Assembly (NCBI GenBank): GCA_963812015.1
Contig: CAWETI010000002.1
Span: 832,001-896,000 of the forward strand
Direction: 5' to 3'
From: an uncultured delta proteobacterium
GTDB lineage: Bacteria > Desulfobacterota > Desulfobaccia > Desulfobaccales > 0-14-0-80-60-11
DNA: 64,000 bases
Shown here: positions 1 to 10,339 of the stretch, one piece after another
Position numbering within the stretch: position 1 is the first letter of the stretch
How the letters are laid out: every line of letters starts with the position of its first letter
Made by a program: the position numbers and the translations under genes
Notes under the pieces: model-generated
Database searches by the model: none
Told to the model about the DNA's origin: nothing
Seen by the model: only the letters and a program-made list of their open reading frames with translations

Positions 1-345
1 GTGGAGGACAACCGGGATAACCTCCTGGTCATCACCGCGGTCCTGGATGAGGCCGGGTATAAGTATATCACGGCCGCCGACGGTCAAGAAGCGGTGGCCC
101 GGGCCCGGGAAGCGTCGCCGGCCCTAATTCTCATGGACCTGCACCTCCCCGACGTCGGCGGCCTGGAGGCCGCCAGGCAAATTAAAGCCGATCCGCTCCT
201 GGCGGGAACCCCCATCGTGGCCCTGACCGCCATGGCCATGCGGGGCGACCGGGAAGAGATCCTGGCCGCGGGCCTCGATGACTATCTGGCCAAGCCCTTC
301 GAACCCCAGGAGCTCATGCAGTTGGTGCGCCGGTGGCTGGACTGA
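1..345 (+). CDS. Response-regulator receiver (CheY/DivK-like) domain, probably 5'-truncated by the window edge
   Basis: Acidic pocket (V)EDN, phospho-acceptor ILMDLHLP, IVALTA and DDYLAKP motifs. Confidence 0.9.
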   Translation: MEDNRDNLLVITAVLDEAGYKYITAADGQEAVARAREASPALILMDLHLPDVGGLEAARQIKADPLLAGTPIVALTAMAMRGDREEILAAGLDDYLAKPFEPQELMQLVRRWLD

Positions 346-346
346 G

Positions 347-1688
347 ATGAGCCACCGGGTGAAATGGGTGCCCATCGGGGAGATCAGGGTATCCAGGGAC
401 CCCCAAGTCCAACTGGTTACCGTCACTGGGCCATGCGTCGCCCTGGCCCTGTACGACCCGGCAGCCAAAGTGGCCGGGCTGCTCCACGTGGTCCTGCCCG
501 GCCGCCGCCGGGTGCGCCGTCCCGGTGATCGCCACGCCTTCTACGCCGACACCGGGGTGGCCCCTGCTGGTGGAAGAGATGATCAATCACGGGGCCAGCC
601 GGGACCGACTGCAGGCCACGGTGGTGGGGGGGGCCATGGGGTCGCCGCCGGGGAATTTCGGCGACCTGGGCCGCCTCAACGTCGAAGCCGTCACCGTCCG
701 GTTGCAGGAAAGGGGGATTCCCATGGTTATCCGGGAGGTGTTGGGGCAGATGGGGAGGCGCATCTCCCTCGATGTTGCCACCGGATCGGTGAGGGTGGAC
801 CCCTTTACGGTGCCGGCCATCCCGGGAATTCTCCCGGGTCAGGCGGAGCTGGCCCCAAAACAGTTAACCAGGCTGGCCCGGGAGGTTTCCCGCCTGAGGC
901 CCGAACCGCGTGTGTCGGCCCTGGCCATGGAGGAATTGCACCAGCCCCACCCGGACTGGTGGGCGATCCGGAGACACATGGGGGGGGACCCGGGGTTGGC
1001 CGCCCACTTTTTCCGGCTGGCCAACTCGCCGCCATACGGCCATCACCAGGCAATAGCCTCTTTGGAGGAGGCCCTGAATCTGTTGGGGGGCAAACAACTG
1101 CGGCGCCTCTGGGTGCTGGCCGCGACCGGCCGGCATTCGGGCAGTTCCTTGAAAAATTGGGGGCTGGACCACTACCCATGGTCCCGGCATAGTCTGGCCA
1201 GTGCGGTGATCGCCCGGTATCTGGCAGCCTCTCAACCCCCGGGGTTCCGGGAAGAGGCCTTCACCGCCGCCCTGCTCCACGGCCTGGGTCTGGCGGGCCT
1301 GGCCTGCCTTACTGCCAAAGGCTTCGGACCGGAGCCGCCGGCTTACCCCGGCTACGGGCCCATGGCAGGCCTGCTCCTGTCGGCCTGGAACCTGCCGCCC
1401 CGGCTGGCCCGGGCGGTGGCCGCCCATGAAGCTCCCGGGCCGCCCGGCGAGGGTGACGACCTGGCCGTTTTTATCCATGCCGCCTGCGGCATCAGCAATC
1501 TGCTGGGCTGCGCGGTTCCCGGAGAACCGGTTGCCCGCCCCCTATCCAAAGAGGTTATGGCGCGGGTCGGGCTAAGCCAGGACCTGGCCGGCGCCCTGCC
1601 CGGAATCTTGGCGGAACTGCGGTCCTGGGGGTTGCTGGACCACGCCGCGCCAGAAGATTGGCCCGCCTCGGGGGATGGGGCGGCGTAA
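347..1688 (+). pseudogene. cheD: CheD-like chemoreceptor deamidase fused to an HDOD domain, split by a +1 frameshift near 560 (real or assembly error)
   Basis: ATG 347 gives MSHRVKWVPIGE..TVTGPCVALALYD..GLLHVVLP..FYADTG (CheD Cys/His motifs). It continues in another frame as PLLVEEM..VVGGA..GRLNVEA, then HDOD-like DPGLAAHFFRLANSP, WSRHSLASA, AFTAALLH, WNLP. Removing one G in gtgGcccctg joins the frames. Confidence 0.8.
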
Positions 1689-1980
1689 AGCTCTAGTGCA
1701 GAATTTTACCAGAATAGGCAAAAATCCGATGAGTAATTCATCGGGTGAGGCTTTATGCTGCGGTGAGCGCCTTCTCCCTATGCGGCCATCAATTCCCCCT
1801 CATAGGCTGCAAAGTGCGCACGAGCATTTTTCGTCTCATTCCCAAGTTCTCGCCGAAGAACGGCTTTTCCGCCAAGCTTCTGATGGGCTCGATGGATTTT
1901 ACCGGTAAATTGACTACTTGCCCTGAGAACCAAGACGGCCTCCGCCGTTATTTGGATAATATCCTGAAGGAGTAGGGATC

Positions 1981-3777
1981 ATGACTGTTCCGGTGCTCCT
2001 GGCCGTGGACGACCGGCTCGACAACCTCTTCGTCCTGGAGCAGGTGGTGAGGACATATCTGCCGGAGATCAAGATGATTACCGCCGAGAGCGCCGAAACA
2101 GGTCTGCCCCTGGCGGCGGCGGAAGCCGTCGACGGCGCCCTCATCGACGTGCAGATGCCGGGCATGAACGGCATCGAGATGTGCCGCCGGCTCAAAGCCG
2201 ATCCCCGGACCGCGTCCATCCACGTCATCCTGGTGACCGCCCACCGGGCCACCTCCGAATTAAAGGCCCAGGGGCTGGACGCCGGGGCCGACGACTTCAT
2301 CACCAAGCCCATCGACAATGTCGAGCTGGCCGCCAAGCTCAGGGTCATGCTGCGCCTCAGGGCTGCGGAGCAGGCGCTGCGCCGGGAGCGGGATCACCTG
2401 GAAGACACGGTCCTGGAACGCACCAAAGCATTGCGGGACGCCGAATACCGCTACCGGACCCTGTTCCAAACTGCCGGGGATGCCATCTTCATCAACGACC
2501 TGGAAGGACGCATGCTGGAGGTTAATGATGAGGCCTGCCGCCTCCTGGGCCACACCCCGGACGAATTGTTGAAGCTTACCGTGAGCGATGTGATCTCTCC
2601 GGAATATGAAGACCGGCGGCCGGAGATCCTGAAACAACTCCAGGCCAAGGGCCACGTTGTCTTCGAGAATGAACTCGTCACCCGGGATGGGCGGATTATC
2701 CCCACCGAGTGCAACAGTCGCCTGATGGACCTCCAGGGCCGCCCCGCGGTGCTCTCCATCGCCCGGGATATCAGCGAGCGCCAGACGGCGGCGGCGGCGC
2801 TGCGGAAGAGCGAAGAACTTTATCGTTCCTTGTTTGAGAACATGCTGAACGGCTTTGCTTACTGCAAGATGCTCTTTGACCAAAATCAGCCCCAGGACTT
2901 TATCTATCTTGCCGTCAACAGTTCCTTCGAGGCATTGACCGGGTTAGAGAATGTTGTCGGGAAAAAAGTATCCGAAGTCATTCCGGGTTTAGGTGAGTCT
3001 GATCCGAATTTGTTGCAAATCTATGGCAGGGTGGCTTTGACCGGCAAACCCGAGAGGGTTGAGATCTATGTGGAAGCCTTGAAGATGTGGTTTTCGCTCT
3101 CGGTATACAGCCCTGCAAAAGACTACTTTGTGGCCGTATTTGACGTTATCACCGAACGCAAGCAGGCCGAGGAGGCTTTAAAGGAAAGCCTGGCCCGGGT
3201 GACGGAAGTCCAGTACGGCACGATTGAGGCCCTGGCCATGGTTACCGAAGCGCGGGACCCTTACACCGCCGGGCATCAGCGCCGGGTCACCCAGCTTGCC
3301 TGCGCCGTGGCCCGGGAACTCGGGCTCCCCGCTGACCGGGTGGCCGGCCTCCGGGTGATGGGATTGCTCCATGACATCGGCAAGATCAGCATTCCTGCCG
3401 AGATTCTTAGCAAACCGGGAAAATTAAGCGACACGGAATTTGCTATCATCACATCCCATGCCCAGCCCGGTTACGAGATTGTCAAAGAAATCCGGTTCCC
3501 CTGGCCGGTGGCCGAAGTTATCCTACAGCACCACGAGCGGATGGACGGTTCGGGCTATCCCCAGGGACTGACCGGCCCCGATATTATCCTGGAGGCCCGC
3601 ATTTTGGCGGTGGCCGACGTGGTGGAAGCCATGGCCTCCCATCGACCTTACCGGCCTGCTTTGAGGATTGAGTCGGCCCTGAAGGAGATTACCCAGAAAA
3701 AGGGCCTTCTCTATGATCCCGAGGTGGTGGACGCCTGCTTCAAGCTATTCACTGAGAAAGGATTTCAATTTGCTTAA
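1981..3777 (+). CDS. Response regulator with REC, two PAS and HD-GYP domains (c-di-GMP phosphodiesterase family)
   Basis: REC (LAVDD, LIDVQMP, FITKP), PAS repeats, RDPYTAGHQ, LLHDIGK, HHERMDGSGYP, ILAVADVVEAM..RPYR. Confidence 0.92.
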   Translation: MTVPVLLAVDDRLDNLFVLEQVVRTYLPEIKMITAESAETGLPLAAAEAVDGALIDVQMPGMNGIEMCRRLKADPRTASIHVILVTAHRATSELKAQGLDAGADDFITKPIDNVELAAKLRVMLRLRAAEQALRRERDHLEDTVLERTKALRDAEYRYRTLFQTAGDAIFINDLEGRMLEVNDEACRLLGHTPDELLKLTVSDVISPEYEDRRPEILKQLQAKGHVVFENELVTRDGRIIPTECNSRLMDLQGRPAVLSIARDISERQTAAAALRKSEELYRSLFENMLNGFAYCKMLFDQNQPQDFIYLAVNSSFEALTGLENVVGKKVSEVIPGLGESDPNLLQIYGRVALTGKPERVEIYVEALKMWFSLSVYSPAKDYFVAVFDVITERKQAEEALKESLARVTEVQYGTIEALAMVTEARDPYTAGHQRRVTQLACAVARELGLPADRVAGLRVMGLLHDIGKISIPAEILSKPGKLSDTEFAIITSHAQPGYEIVKEIRFPWPVAEVILQHHERMDGSGYPQGLTGPDIILEARILAVADVVEAMASHRPYRPALRIESALKEITQKKGLLYDPEVVDACFKLFTEKGFQFA

Positions 3778-3801
3778 CGTCTCTGAGGCGTAATCTGCAG
3801 G

Positions 3802-3945
3802 TCACCATGCGGCTCGGAAAAAAGCGGGAAGAGCCTTATGGACCCGATTGACGACTCCCAAGCTGATCTTAGTTCGGCGGAAGGCGTTGCCGGCCCAGCG
3901 GCGCAGGTCCTTCGGTTTGTCTGGGGATGCCTTTTGGGTGATCAT
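3802..3945 (-). pseudogene. Short ORF (47 aa) starting with a duplicated copy of the N-terminus of the 4104-5270 gene
   Basis: Translates MITQKASPDKPKDLRRWAG..; the neighbour starts MITQKASPDKPKNLRRRAQ. DNA 3900-3950 closely matches 5225-5275. AAGGAAG lies upstream. Confidence 0.6.
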
Positions 3946-4103
3946 GGCCCCTTCCTTAGGGGCCGGGGACCAAGGGAAGCTGGGTATGGGGAAGGAGGGG
4001 CGAACGTCACCCCGCCGCCCGGGGAATCTCTCCAGGCCCGGAAGAGCCGCACCGGTTGAGGGGCGATGGGCACTGGCCTCCTGTGGTTGGCAAAATCGCC
4101 GCC

Positions 4104-5270
4104 TCAGTCAAATTGAAAGGTTTTCTCGGTGAATAACTTCACGCAGATATCCACCACCTCGGGATCATAGAGGACGCCCCGGTTCCGGGAGATTTCCTCC
4201 AGGGCCTGATCAATGCCGAGAGCGGGGCGGTAGGGCCGGCGAGAGGCCATGGCCTCCACCACGTCGGCCACCGCCAGGATCCGGGCTTCCAGAAGTATGT
4301 CGGGAGCGGTCAGTCCCTGGGGATAACCCGAGCCGTCCAGTCGCTCGTGGTGCTGGAGCACCGCCAGGGCAATGGGCCAGGGAAATTCAATATCCTTCAG
4401 GATGTCATACCCCACTTGCGGGTGTGCTTTGATGAGATTTAATTCCATCTCAGAAAGTTCGCCCGGCTTGCTGAGGATCTCCGCGGGCACCGCCACCTTG
4501 CCGATATCGTGGAGCAGCCCCAACGCCTGTATGCCTTCGCGCTGCTCCTGGGAAAACCCCAGTGCTCGGGAAATGGCGTCTGACAGTTTCGCCACCCGCC
4601 GCTGATGGCCGCATATATAGGGGTCCCTCGTTTCCACCGTGGCGGACAGGGCCTGGACGGTCCCGCACAAGGTGCGTCGTAACTGCTCGTAGCTGACCGC
4701 CAGCCTCTTTTCGGCCTGTCGCCGGGCCGTGACGTCAATCAGGGAGGTGCGCACCTGGGGGTGACCCGCAGCATCCGAGACCCGGAGACTGTCCAGTTGC
4801 ACGACGACCTTCCCCGCGCCTTTTCCCCGGAGGTTCAGTTCCACGGGAGGCGCCGGCTGGCCCTGGATCACCGCGACCAGATAGGCCTGGAATTTCTGCT
4901 TATCTTCCGGTGGGATAAAAGAGGCCAGAGACTGGTGAACCAGCCGGCCCTTCTCTGCCCCCAGGAGCCGGGCCGCGGCGAGATTGGCCTCCAGGACCCG
5001 GCCCCCTTCGTCCAGGGTTAGGTAGGCCAACGGCGCGCAGTCATAGAGGTCGGTGTATCTCGTCAGCGCGGTTTCCAGTTCCGCCTGGGTCTGGTGCAAC
5101 TGTTCATTCTTAATCTCCAATTCCGCCTGGTGGTCCCGGAGTTCCTGTAACAATTTCCGGGCCTCTTCCGGGGAAATCTTCTCGAGGTCCGCGGTCCGGG
5201 ATTTGAGCCGCGCCTGGGCCCGGCGGCGCAGGTTCTTGGGTTTGTCCGGGGATGCTTTTTGGGTGATCAT
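4104..5270 (-). CDS. Coiled-coil + PAS + HD-GYP protein
   Basis: Start taken at MITQK. LLQELRDHQAELEIKNEQL linker, PAS (YTDLYDCAPLAYLTLD), LLHDIGK, HHERLDGSGYP. Confidence 0.9.
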   Translation of the reverse strand: MITQKASPDKPKNLRRRAQARLKSRTADLEKISPEEARKLLQELRDHQAELEIKNEQLHQTQAELETALTRYTDLYDCAPLAYLTLDEGGRVLEANLAAARLLGAEKGRLVHQSLASFIPPEDKQKFQAYLVAVIQGQPAPPVELNLRGKGAGKVVVQLDSLRVSDAAGHPQVRTSLIDVTARRQAEKRLAVSYEQLRRTLCGTVQALSATVETRDPYICGHQRRVAKLSDAISRALGFSQEQREGIQALGLLHDIGKVAVPAEILSKPGELSEMELNLIKAHPQVGYDILKDIEFPWPIALAVLQHHERLDGSGYPQGLTAPDILLEARILAVADVVEAMASRRPYRPALGIDQALEEISRNRGVLYDPEVVDICVKLFTEKTFQFD

Positions 5271-5574
5271 GGCGCCGTCCTGGAGGGGTAACGTATTTGT
5301 TCCACTCGTTCCCAAGTTGCCCTCGGAAACGGCCATGAATGCCAGGCTAAGCCTGACTGGTAAAGGCCTACCCCATCTCAGCTGGGGAAGAGGCTTTCCA
5401 GGCAAAAGAATTTATGAAACGCTCTCCTACTGTCTTCAGGACTTTTCAGAGAGGTATCGGATGCTTCCCCGGATTACGTTAATTGGGTGACATCCGCCAT
5501 GGCCAGGGGGATAAGGGCAGGGTAGCCGGGCAGGGCTTCCAGGCGACGGGCAAGGCACAGGCGTGGACAGGTGA

Positions 5575-5690
5575 CCGCTGTCTTCTCCTTGACGGCCTGG
5601 CGCAGCAGCGGGCCAGCTTGTAGCGCAGACCCTCCCGGGCCATCTTCAGCAGGTTGAGCCTGGGCTGATAATTCCAGATGCCGGTGATAG
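5575..5690 (-). pseudogene. Degraded remnant resembling the PAS region of CheB/CheR fusion proteins
   Basis: Minus strand reads ..QPRLNLLKMAREGLRYKL.. then, after a frameshift, LLRQAVKEK; this resembles the LNILKMAREGL..L..A segment of CheBR proteins. Confidence 0.45.
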
Positions 5691-5899
5691 AAGCGCGGCA
5701 GTTATCCGCGGGAATGGCAGGAACCTTTAGGCTGAATGGGGTCGATATGGACCGTATATGGGAGATTTTTTGACCGGGAATAAGTTGCGGACCATAGCAG
5801 TTAACCAGCCTCGGAGGTGGCTCCTTGACACAGGGTTAATGAGCACTACTTTTAGCTGACCCTTATCATCCCAAGCTTTCACCCCCGAGAGCGGCCACC

Positions 5900-7231
5900 A
5901 TGACCAATGAAAATGCCCCCCCTCGAATCCACGTGTTGGCCAAGCCCACCGGGGCGACGTGCAACCTGAACTGTTCTTATTGCTTTTTTCTGAACAAAGA
6001 AATGCTCTACCCCGGCAGTCACTTTCGCATGAGCGACGCGGTGCTGGAGAACTACATCCGCCAACTCATCGAGTCCCATCGCACTGACAAGGTGACGGTG
6101 GCCTGGCAGGGTGGAGAACCAACCCTCATGGGCCTCGACTTCTATAGGCGTGCCATCGCATACCAGAACCGGTACCAGCGGCCGGGCATGATCTTCGAGA
6201 ACACCATGCAAACCAACGGCACGCTCCTCAACGACGATTGGTGCGAGTTCTTCCGCGCTCAGGGCTTTCTCATCGGCATCAGTATCGACGGTCCCGGCGC
6301 GCTGCACGATGTCCACCGGGTGGACAAGAGCGGCCGGCCGACCTTTGACCGGGTGATGCGAGGCCTGCGGCTGTTGCAGAAGCATGGGGTGGAATACAAT
6401 ATTCTCACCACCGTTAATCGGCTCAACGCTGACCACCCCCTCGAAGTTTACCGATTTCTCCGAGACGAAGCCGGGGCCACCTGGATGCAGTTCATTCCGG
6501 CCATCGAGCGCCTCAACCCATCGGGGGTCTCCCTCTACCAGGAAGGGACCACCGTTTCGGATCGTTCGGTTCTGCCGGAACAGCTCGGTAATTTCTTGAT
6601 CACCATTTTTGATGAATGGGTGCGGCATGACGTCGGTAAGGTGTTCGTGCAGACCTTCGAGGCAACGGTGAGAAACTGGCTGGGCCTGCCCTCCTCCGGC
6701 ATGTGCGTCTTTGACGCCACCTGCGGTCACGGACTCGCCCTGGAGCACAACGGCGATCTGTACTCCTGCGACCATTTTGTCGAGCCCAGGCACTTGCTGG
6801 GCGACATCGGGCAAAAGCACATGATCGAGTTGGTAACCTCTGATCAGCAGCGCACTTTTGGTCGCAACAAGCTGGCGACGCTGCCCCGTTATTGCCGGGA
6901 ATGCGAGGTGGGATTTGCCTGTAAGGGTGAATGTCCCAAGAATCGGTTTCTCACCACGCCAGAGGGGGAACCGGGGCTGAATTACCTGTGTGCGGGTTAC
7001 CGGGCGTTCTTCCACCACGTCGACCGCCCCTTGAAGATCATGGCCGGTCTGCTGCGCCGGGGCTATCCGGCCGCCCAGGTCATGCAAGTTCTCGCTGACG
7101 AGGATGGCGGCTCGGCCCGGGCGTCCGCCAAAACCGGCCGCAATGATCCCTGCCCTTGCGGCAGTGGTCGCAAGTTCAAGAAATGTCATGGCCGGGAGGT
7201 GACGGTCCAAGCCAGGAGAACTTCCCTGTAG
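5900..7231 (+). CDS. Anaerobic sulfatase maturase (radical SAM/SPASM, anSME/AslB family) with C-terminal SEC-C motif
   Basis: KPTGATCNLNCSYCFF, WQGGEPTL, QTNGTLL, YSCDHFV, CRECEVGFACKGECPK, GRNDPCPCGSGRKFKKCHG. Confidence 0.95.
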   Translation: MTNENAPPRIHVLAKPTGATCNLNCSYCFFLNKEMLYPGSHFRMSDAVLENYIRQLIESHRTDKVTVAWQGGEPTLMGLDFYRRAIAYQNRYQRPGMIFENTMQTNGTLLNDDWCEFFRAQGFLIGISIDGPGALHDVHRVDKSGRPTFDRVMRGLRLLQKHGVEYNILTTVNRLNADHPLEVYRFLRDEAGATWMQFIPAIERLNPSGVSLYQEGTTVSDRSVLPEQLGNFLITIFDEWVRHDVGKVFVQTFEATVRNWLGLPSSGMCVFDATCGHGLALEHNGDLYSCDHFVEPRHLLGDIGQKHMIELVTSDQQRTFGRNKLATLPRYCRECEVGFACKGECPKNRFLTTPEGEPGLNYLCAGYRAFFHHVDRPLKIMAGLLRRGYPAAQVMQVLADEDGGSARASAKTGRNDPCPCGSGRKFKKCHGREVTVQARRTSL

Positions 7232-7316
7232 TCAACGCGGTCTCAACCATGCCGGAAAGCCCTGAACCAAGATTCCTGGCATGATAATCAACGTCCACCC
7301 TTTAAGAGGAGGATTT

Positions 7317-8810
7317 ATGCCAGCAGAGAAGAAACCAAACATTTTAGTCATCTGGGGAGATGACATCGGCATGTGGAACATCAGTGCATACAGCCACGGC
7401 ATGATGGGCTACCGGACGCCGAACATCGACCGCATCGCGGCAGAAGGGATCATGTTCACCGATTGCTATGGCGAGCAGAGCTGCACCGCGGGGCGTTCGG
7501 CGTTTATCACCGGCCAAAGCGTCTTCCGGACGGGATTGAGCAAGGTGGGGATGCCGGGAGCCGATATAGGCCTGCGCGGCGAAGATCCCACCATCGCCGA
7601 GTTGTTGAAGCCGCTGGGCTACGCCACCGGTCAGTTCGGCAAGAATCACCTGGGCGACAAGGACGAATTTCTGCCTACCAAGCACGGGTTCGATGAGTTC
7701 TTCGGCTTCCTCTACCACCTGAACGCCTGCGAGGAGCCGGAACTGCGCGACTACCCCCCGGCAGCGGACTTCCCCAACTTCAGAAAAAACTACGGACCCC
7801 GGGGCGTGCTCCGCTGTTCTGCCGACGGCCGCATCGAAGACACCGGCCAGCTGACCAAAAAGCGGATGGAGACCATCGACGATGAGGTTCTGGCCGCGGC
7901 CACGGAATACATCGACCGCCAGGCCAAGGCCGATCAGCCATTCTTCGTGTGGTTCAACACCTCGCACATGCACTTCCGGACCCATGCCAAGCCCGAGAGC
8001 CTGGGTCAGTCCGGGCGCTGGCAGTCGGAATACCATGACGTCATGATCGACCATGACAAGTGCGTGGGCGCCCTGCTGAAGCAACTGGACGACCTGGGCA
8101 TCGCCGACAACACCATCGTCATGTACAGCACTGACAACGGACCCCACATGAACTCCTGGCCCGACGGTGGCATGACCCCTTTTCGCAACGAGAAGGACTC
8201 CAACTGGGAGGGCGCCTTTCGGGTTCCGGCCATGATGCGCTGGCCCGGCAAGATCAAGCCCGGCACCGTGTCCAACGAGATCGTCAGCCACCTGGACTGG
8301 CTGCCCACCTTCCTGGCCGCCGCCGGGGATCCGAACATCAAAGAGAAGCTCCTCAAAGGTCATCAGGCGGGTGCCAAGACCTTCAAGGTGCACCTGGACG
8401 GCTACAACCTCCTGCCTTTCTTAAAAGGCGAGGTCAAGAAGAGCCCCCGGGTGGAGTACTTCTACTTCTCCGACGACGGCGACCTGATGGCCGTGCGCTA
8501 CGATAACTGGAAGCTGATCTTCATGGAGCAGCGAATGGTAGGCACCCTGCGGATCTGGCAGGAGCCGTTGGTGCCGTTGCGGTTTCCGAAGCTCTTCAAC
8601 CTGCGCACGGACCCCTTCGAGCGGGCCGACATCACCTCGAACACCTACTGGGACTGGGTGCTCGATCACATCTACCTGTTTCTGGCGGCGCAGAAATACG
8701 TGGGGGAATTCCTGATGACGTTCAAGGAGTACCCCCCGCGCCAGAAGGCGGCGAGCTTTACCATCGACCAGGTATTGCAGAAACTCCTGGGGGGTGCCGG
8801 TAGCCGCTAA
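7317..8810 (+). CDS. Cys-type arylsulfatase without an evident signal peptide
   Basis: GGAGG RBS before ATG 7317; KKPNILVIWGDDIG, formylglycine motif SCTAGR, GKNHLG, STDNG. Confidence 0.93.
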   Translation: MPAEKKPNILVIWGDDIGMWNISAYSHGMMGYRTPNIDRIAAEGIMFTDCYGEQSCTAGRSAFITGQSVFRTGLSKVGMPGADIGLRGEDPTIAELLKPLGYATGQFGKNHLGDKDEFLPTKHGFDEFFGFLYHLNACEEPELRDYPPAADFPNFRKNYGPRGVLRCSADGRIEDTGQLTKKRMETIDDEVLAAATEYIDRQAKADQPFFVWFNTSHMHFRTHAKPESLGQSGRWQSEYHDVMIDHDKCVGALLKQLDDLGIADNTIVMYSTDNGPHMNSWPDGGMTPFRNEKDSNWEGAFRVPAMMRWPGKIKPGTVSNEIVSHLDWLPTFLAAAGDPNIKEKLLKGHQAGAKTFKVHLDGYNLLPFLKGEVKKSPRVEYFYFSDDGDLMAVRYDNWKLIFMEQRMVGTLRIWQEPLVPLRFPKLFNLRTDPFERADITSNTYWDWVLDHIYLFLAAQKYVGEFLMTFKEYPPRQKAASFTIDQVLQKLLGGAGSR

Positions 8811-8822
8811 CGTGGTCTTAAT

Positions 8823-8860
8823 CCCCCGCAGATTCACCGGGTATGGTGGATTTGCGGGGG
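8823..8860 (+). terminator. Strong hairpin after the sulfatase (terminator or mRNA-stabilising stem)
   Basis: cccccgcagattcacc pairs with ggtggatttgcggggg; no clear U-tract. Confidence 0.5.
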
Positions 8861-8937
8861 CACGCCATTTCAACAAAGCATTAATGCGATTGGGTTGAAG
8901 GTAGCAAGACCCGATATGAATACCGCACGAGGTTCAC

Positions 8938-9588
8938 ATGCCCCTCTCGGACGTCTCCATCCCAGACGCGTTAATATTTTTCTTCTTAACCCTGGGTCCG
9001 CTCAAGGCCATCGCCCCTTTTGCGCAGTTGACCCAGGGATGCGACCCCGCGTTTCGCCGGGCCGTGGCTTGTCGGGCTACAGCAGTTGCCACCATCATCG
9101 TCTTCGCGGTGGCCCTGCTGGGCGCCCTCGTCCTGGAAAATTGGCATGTTTCCATCGCCGCGATCGTTATCACCGGCAGCATCATCCTTTTCTGCCAGGC
9201 ATTTCAGCTGATCCTGCAACCGCTGGTAGCAGCGCCCTCGCCCACCCCGCCAGACGCTGACCAGTCTCCGCCATCTCTGGCAATTGCCCACTTTCCCTTG
9301 GCCATTCCCGGCCTGGTCACTGCTCCCGGCATTGCGGCCATTCTCGGGTTCATGGCTATTGCCGGGGGCAACTGGACTCAAAAGGGCATCGTGTTAGCGT
9401 CTTTGCTGGTGATCATGGGGCTGAACCTGGTCACCCTGCTCAACATCGAAGTGATTTCAAAGCACGGGTCCCCTTTGGTGCAGCGGGTCTTTGGCTGGGT
9501 GATGGCCGTGCTCCAGGCCGCCTTGGCGGCGCAATATCTTATTAATGGTCTGGTGCGCTTAGGGGTGTTACCCCGTCTGGTCTCTTAG
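8938..9588 (+). CDS. MarC family membrane protein
   Basis: About six hydrophobic segments; FFLTLGPLKAIAPF and FPLAIPGLVTAPGIAA motifs. Confidence 0.85.
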   Translation: MPLSDVSIPDALIFFFLTLGPLKAIAPFAQLTQGCDPAFRRAVACRATAVATIIVFAVALLGALVLENWHVSIAAIVITGSIILFCQAFQLILQPLVAAPSPTPPDADQSPPSLAIAHFPLAIPGLVTAPGIAAILGFMAIAGGNWTQKGIVLASLLVIMGLNLVTLLNIEVISKHGSPLVQRVFGWVMAVLQAALAAQYLINGLVRLGVLPRLVS

Positions 9589-9745
9589 GGAAAAGGCCGG
9601 CAGGGGCTTAGGCCGCTGAACGCGGGTTTGGCAACAGCTCTTGTCCTGCTCGGATTAAGGGCGACACGCACCGGAGAGGACCGCCTGATGAAGAAGCTCC
9701 CAAATGCCGTTGACCTGACTTTTGGAGAAAGGACTGCAGAAACCC

Positions 9746-10141
9746 ATGAACGATAACCCCACCGGCAAGAATGTCTCCAACGAACTCGCTAAAGAGCGCA
9801 CTCGCCAGGCTGCTGACCGAACCCTCATGGCCTGGATTCGCACCTGCCTCTCGCTGATTGGGTTCGGGTTCGGCATCGCCAAATTCCGGGATATTCTGGC
9901 AAAAGCTGGGTTGGGCCGAGGCCCCGAACACCTTCACTCCACCCTGATTTTCGGATTGAGTTTTATCGCCCTCGGTATCTTCGGTCTCCTCGCCGCGGTT
10001 GTTCAACATTGGCGAATTCTAACCCAAATCAAGTTGGGGAATTTTCAATACACCGGCTTCCGGCCAGTGGTAATGACAACGGCGCTCATCTTGCTGCTCA
10101 TCGGCCTCTTTGCTTTCATCTCCATCCTGCTCAAGCTTTAA
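9746..10141 (+). CDS. DUF202 (YidH-like) membrane protein
   Basis: ELAKERTRQAADRTLMAWIRTCLSLIGFG signature and three TM segments. Confidence 0.88.
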   Translation: MNDNPTGKNVSNELAKERTRQAADRTLMAWIRTCLSLIGFGFGIAKFRDILAKAGLGRGPEHLHSTLIFGLSFIALGIFGLLAAVVQHWRILTQIKLGNFQYTGFRPVVMTTALILLLIGLFAFISILLKL

Positions 10142-10339
10142 CCGACCGATGCGAGATATGACCTGGCAATGAAGTTTTCCGGCTCACGATCATTTCCCAG
10201 TCATTCATGTTCCCCTGGCGCATGGTTTGGCCCTCCCCCTGACCGAAGATGATCTGCAGGAGGTCAGGAAACTCAAAGCCATTGCTCAGGTGGAAAGTGA
10301 CTGAGGAAAATTACCGTAAAATTAAAAGGAGAGTGGTCT

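Noticed and set aside
3990..4050. Partial resemblance to a glycine riboswitch (GAAGGAG..CCCGGGGAATCTCTCCAGGC)
   Set aside because: The 5' GGAGA core is missing and no plus-strand gene follows
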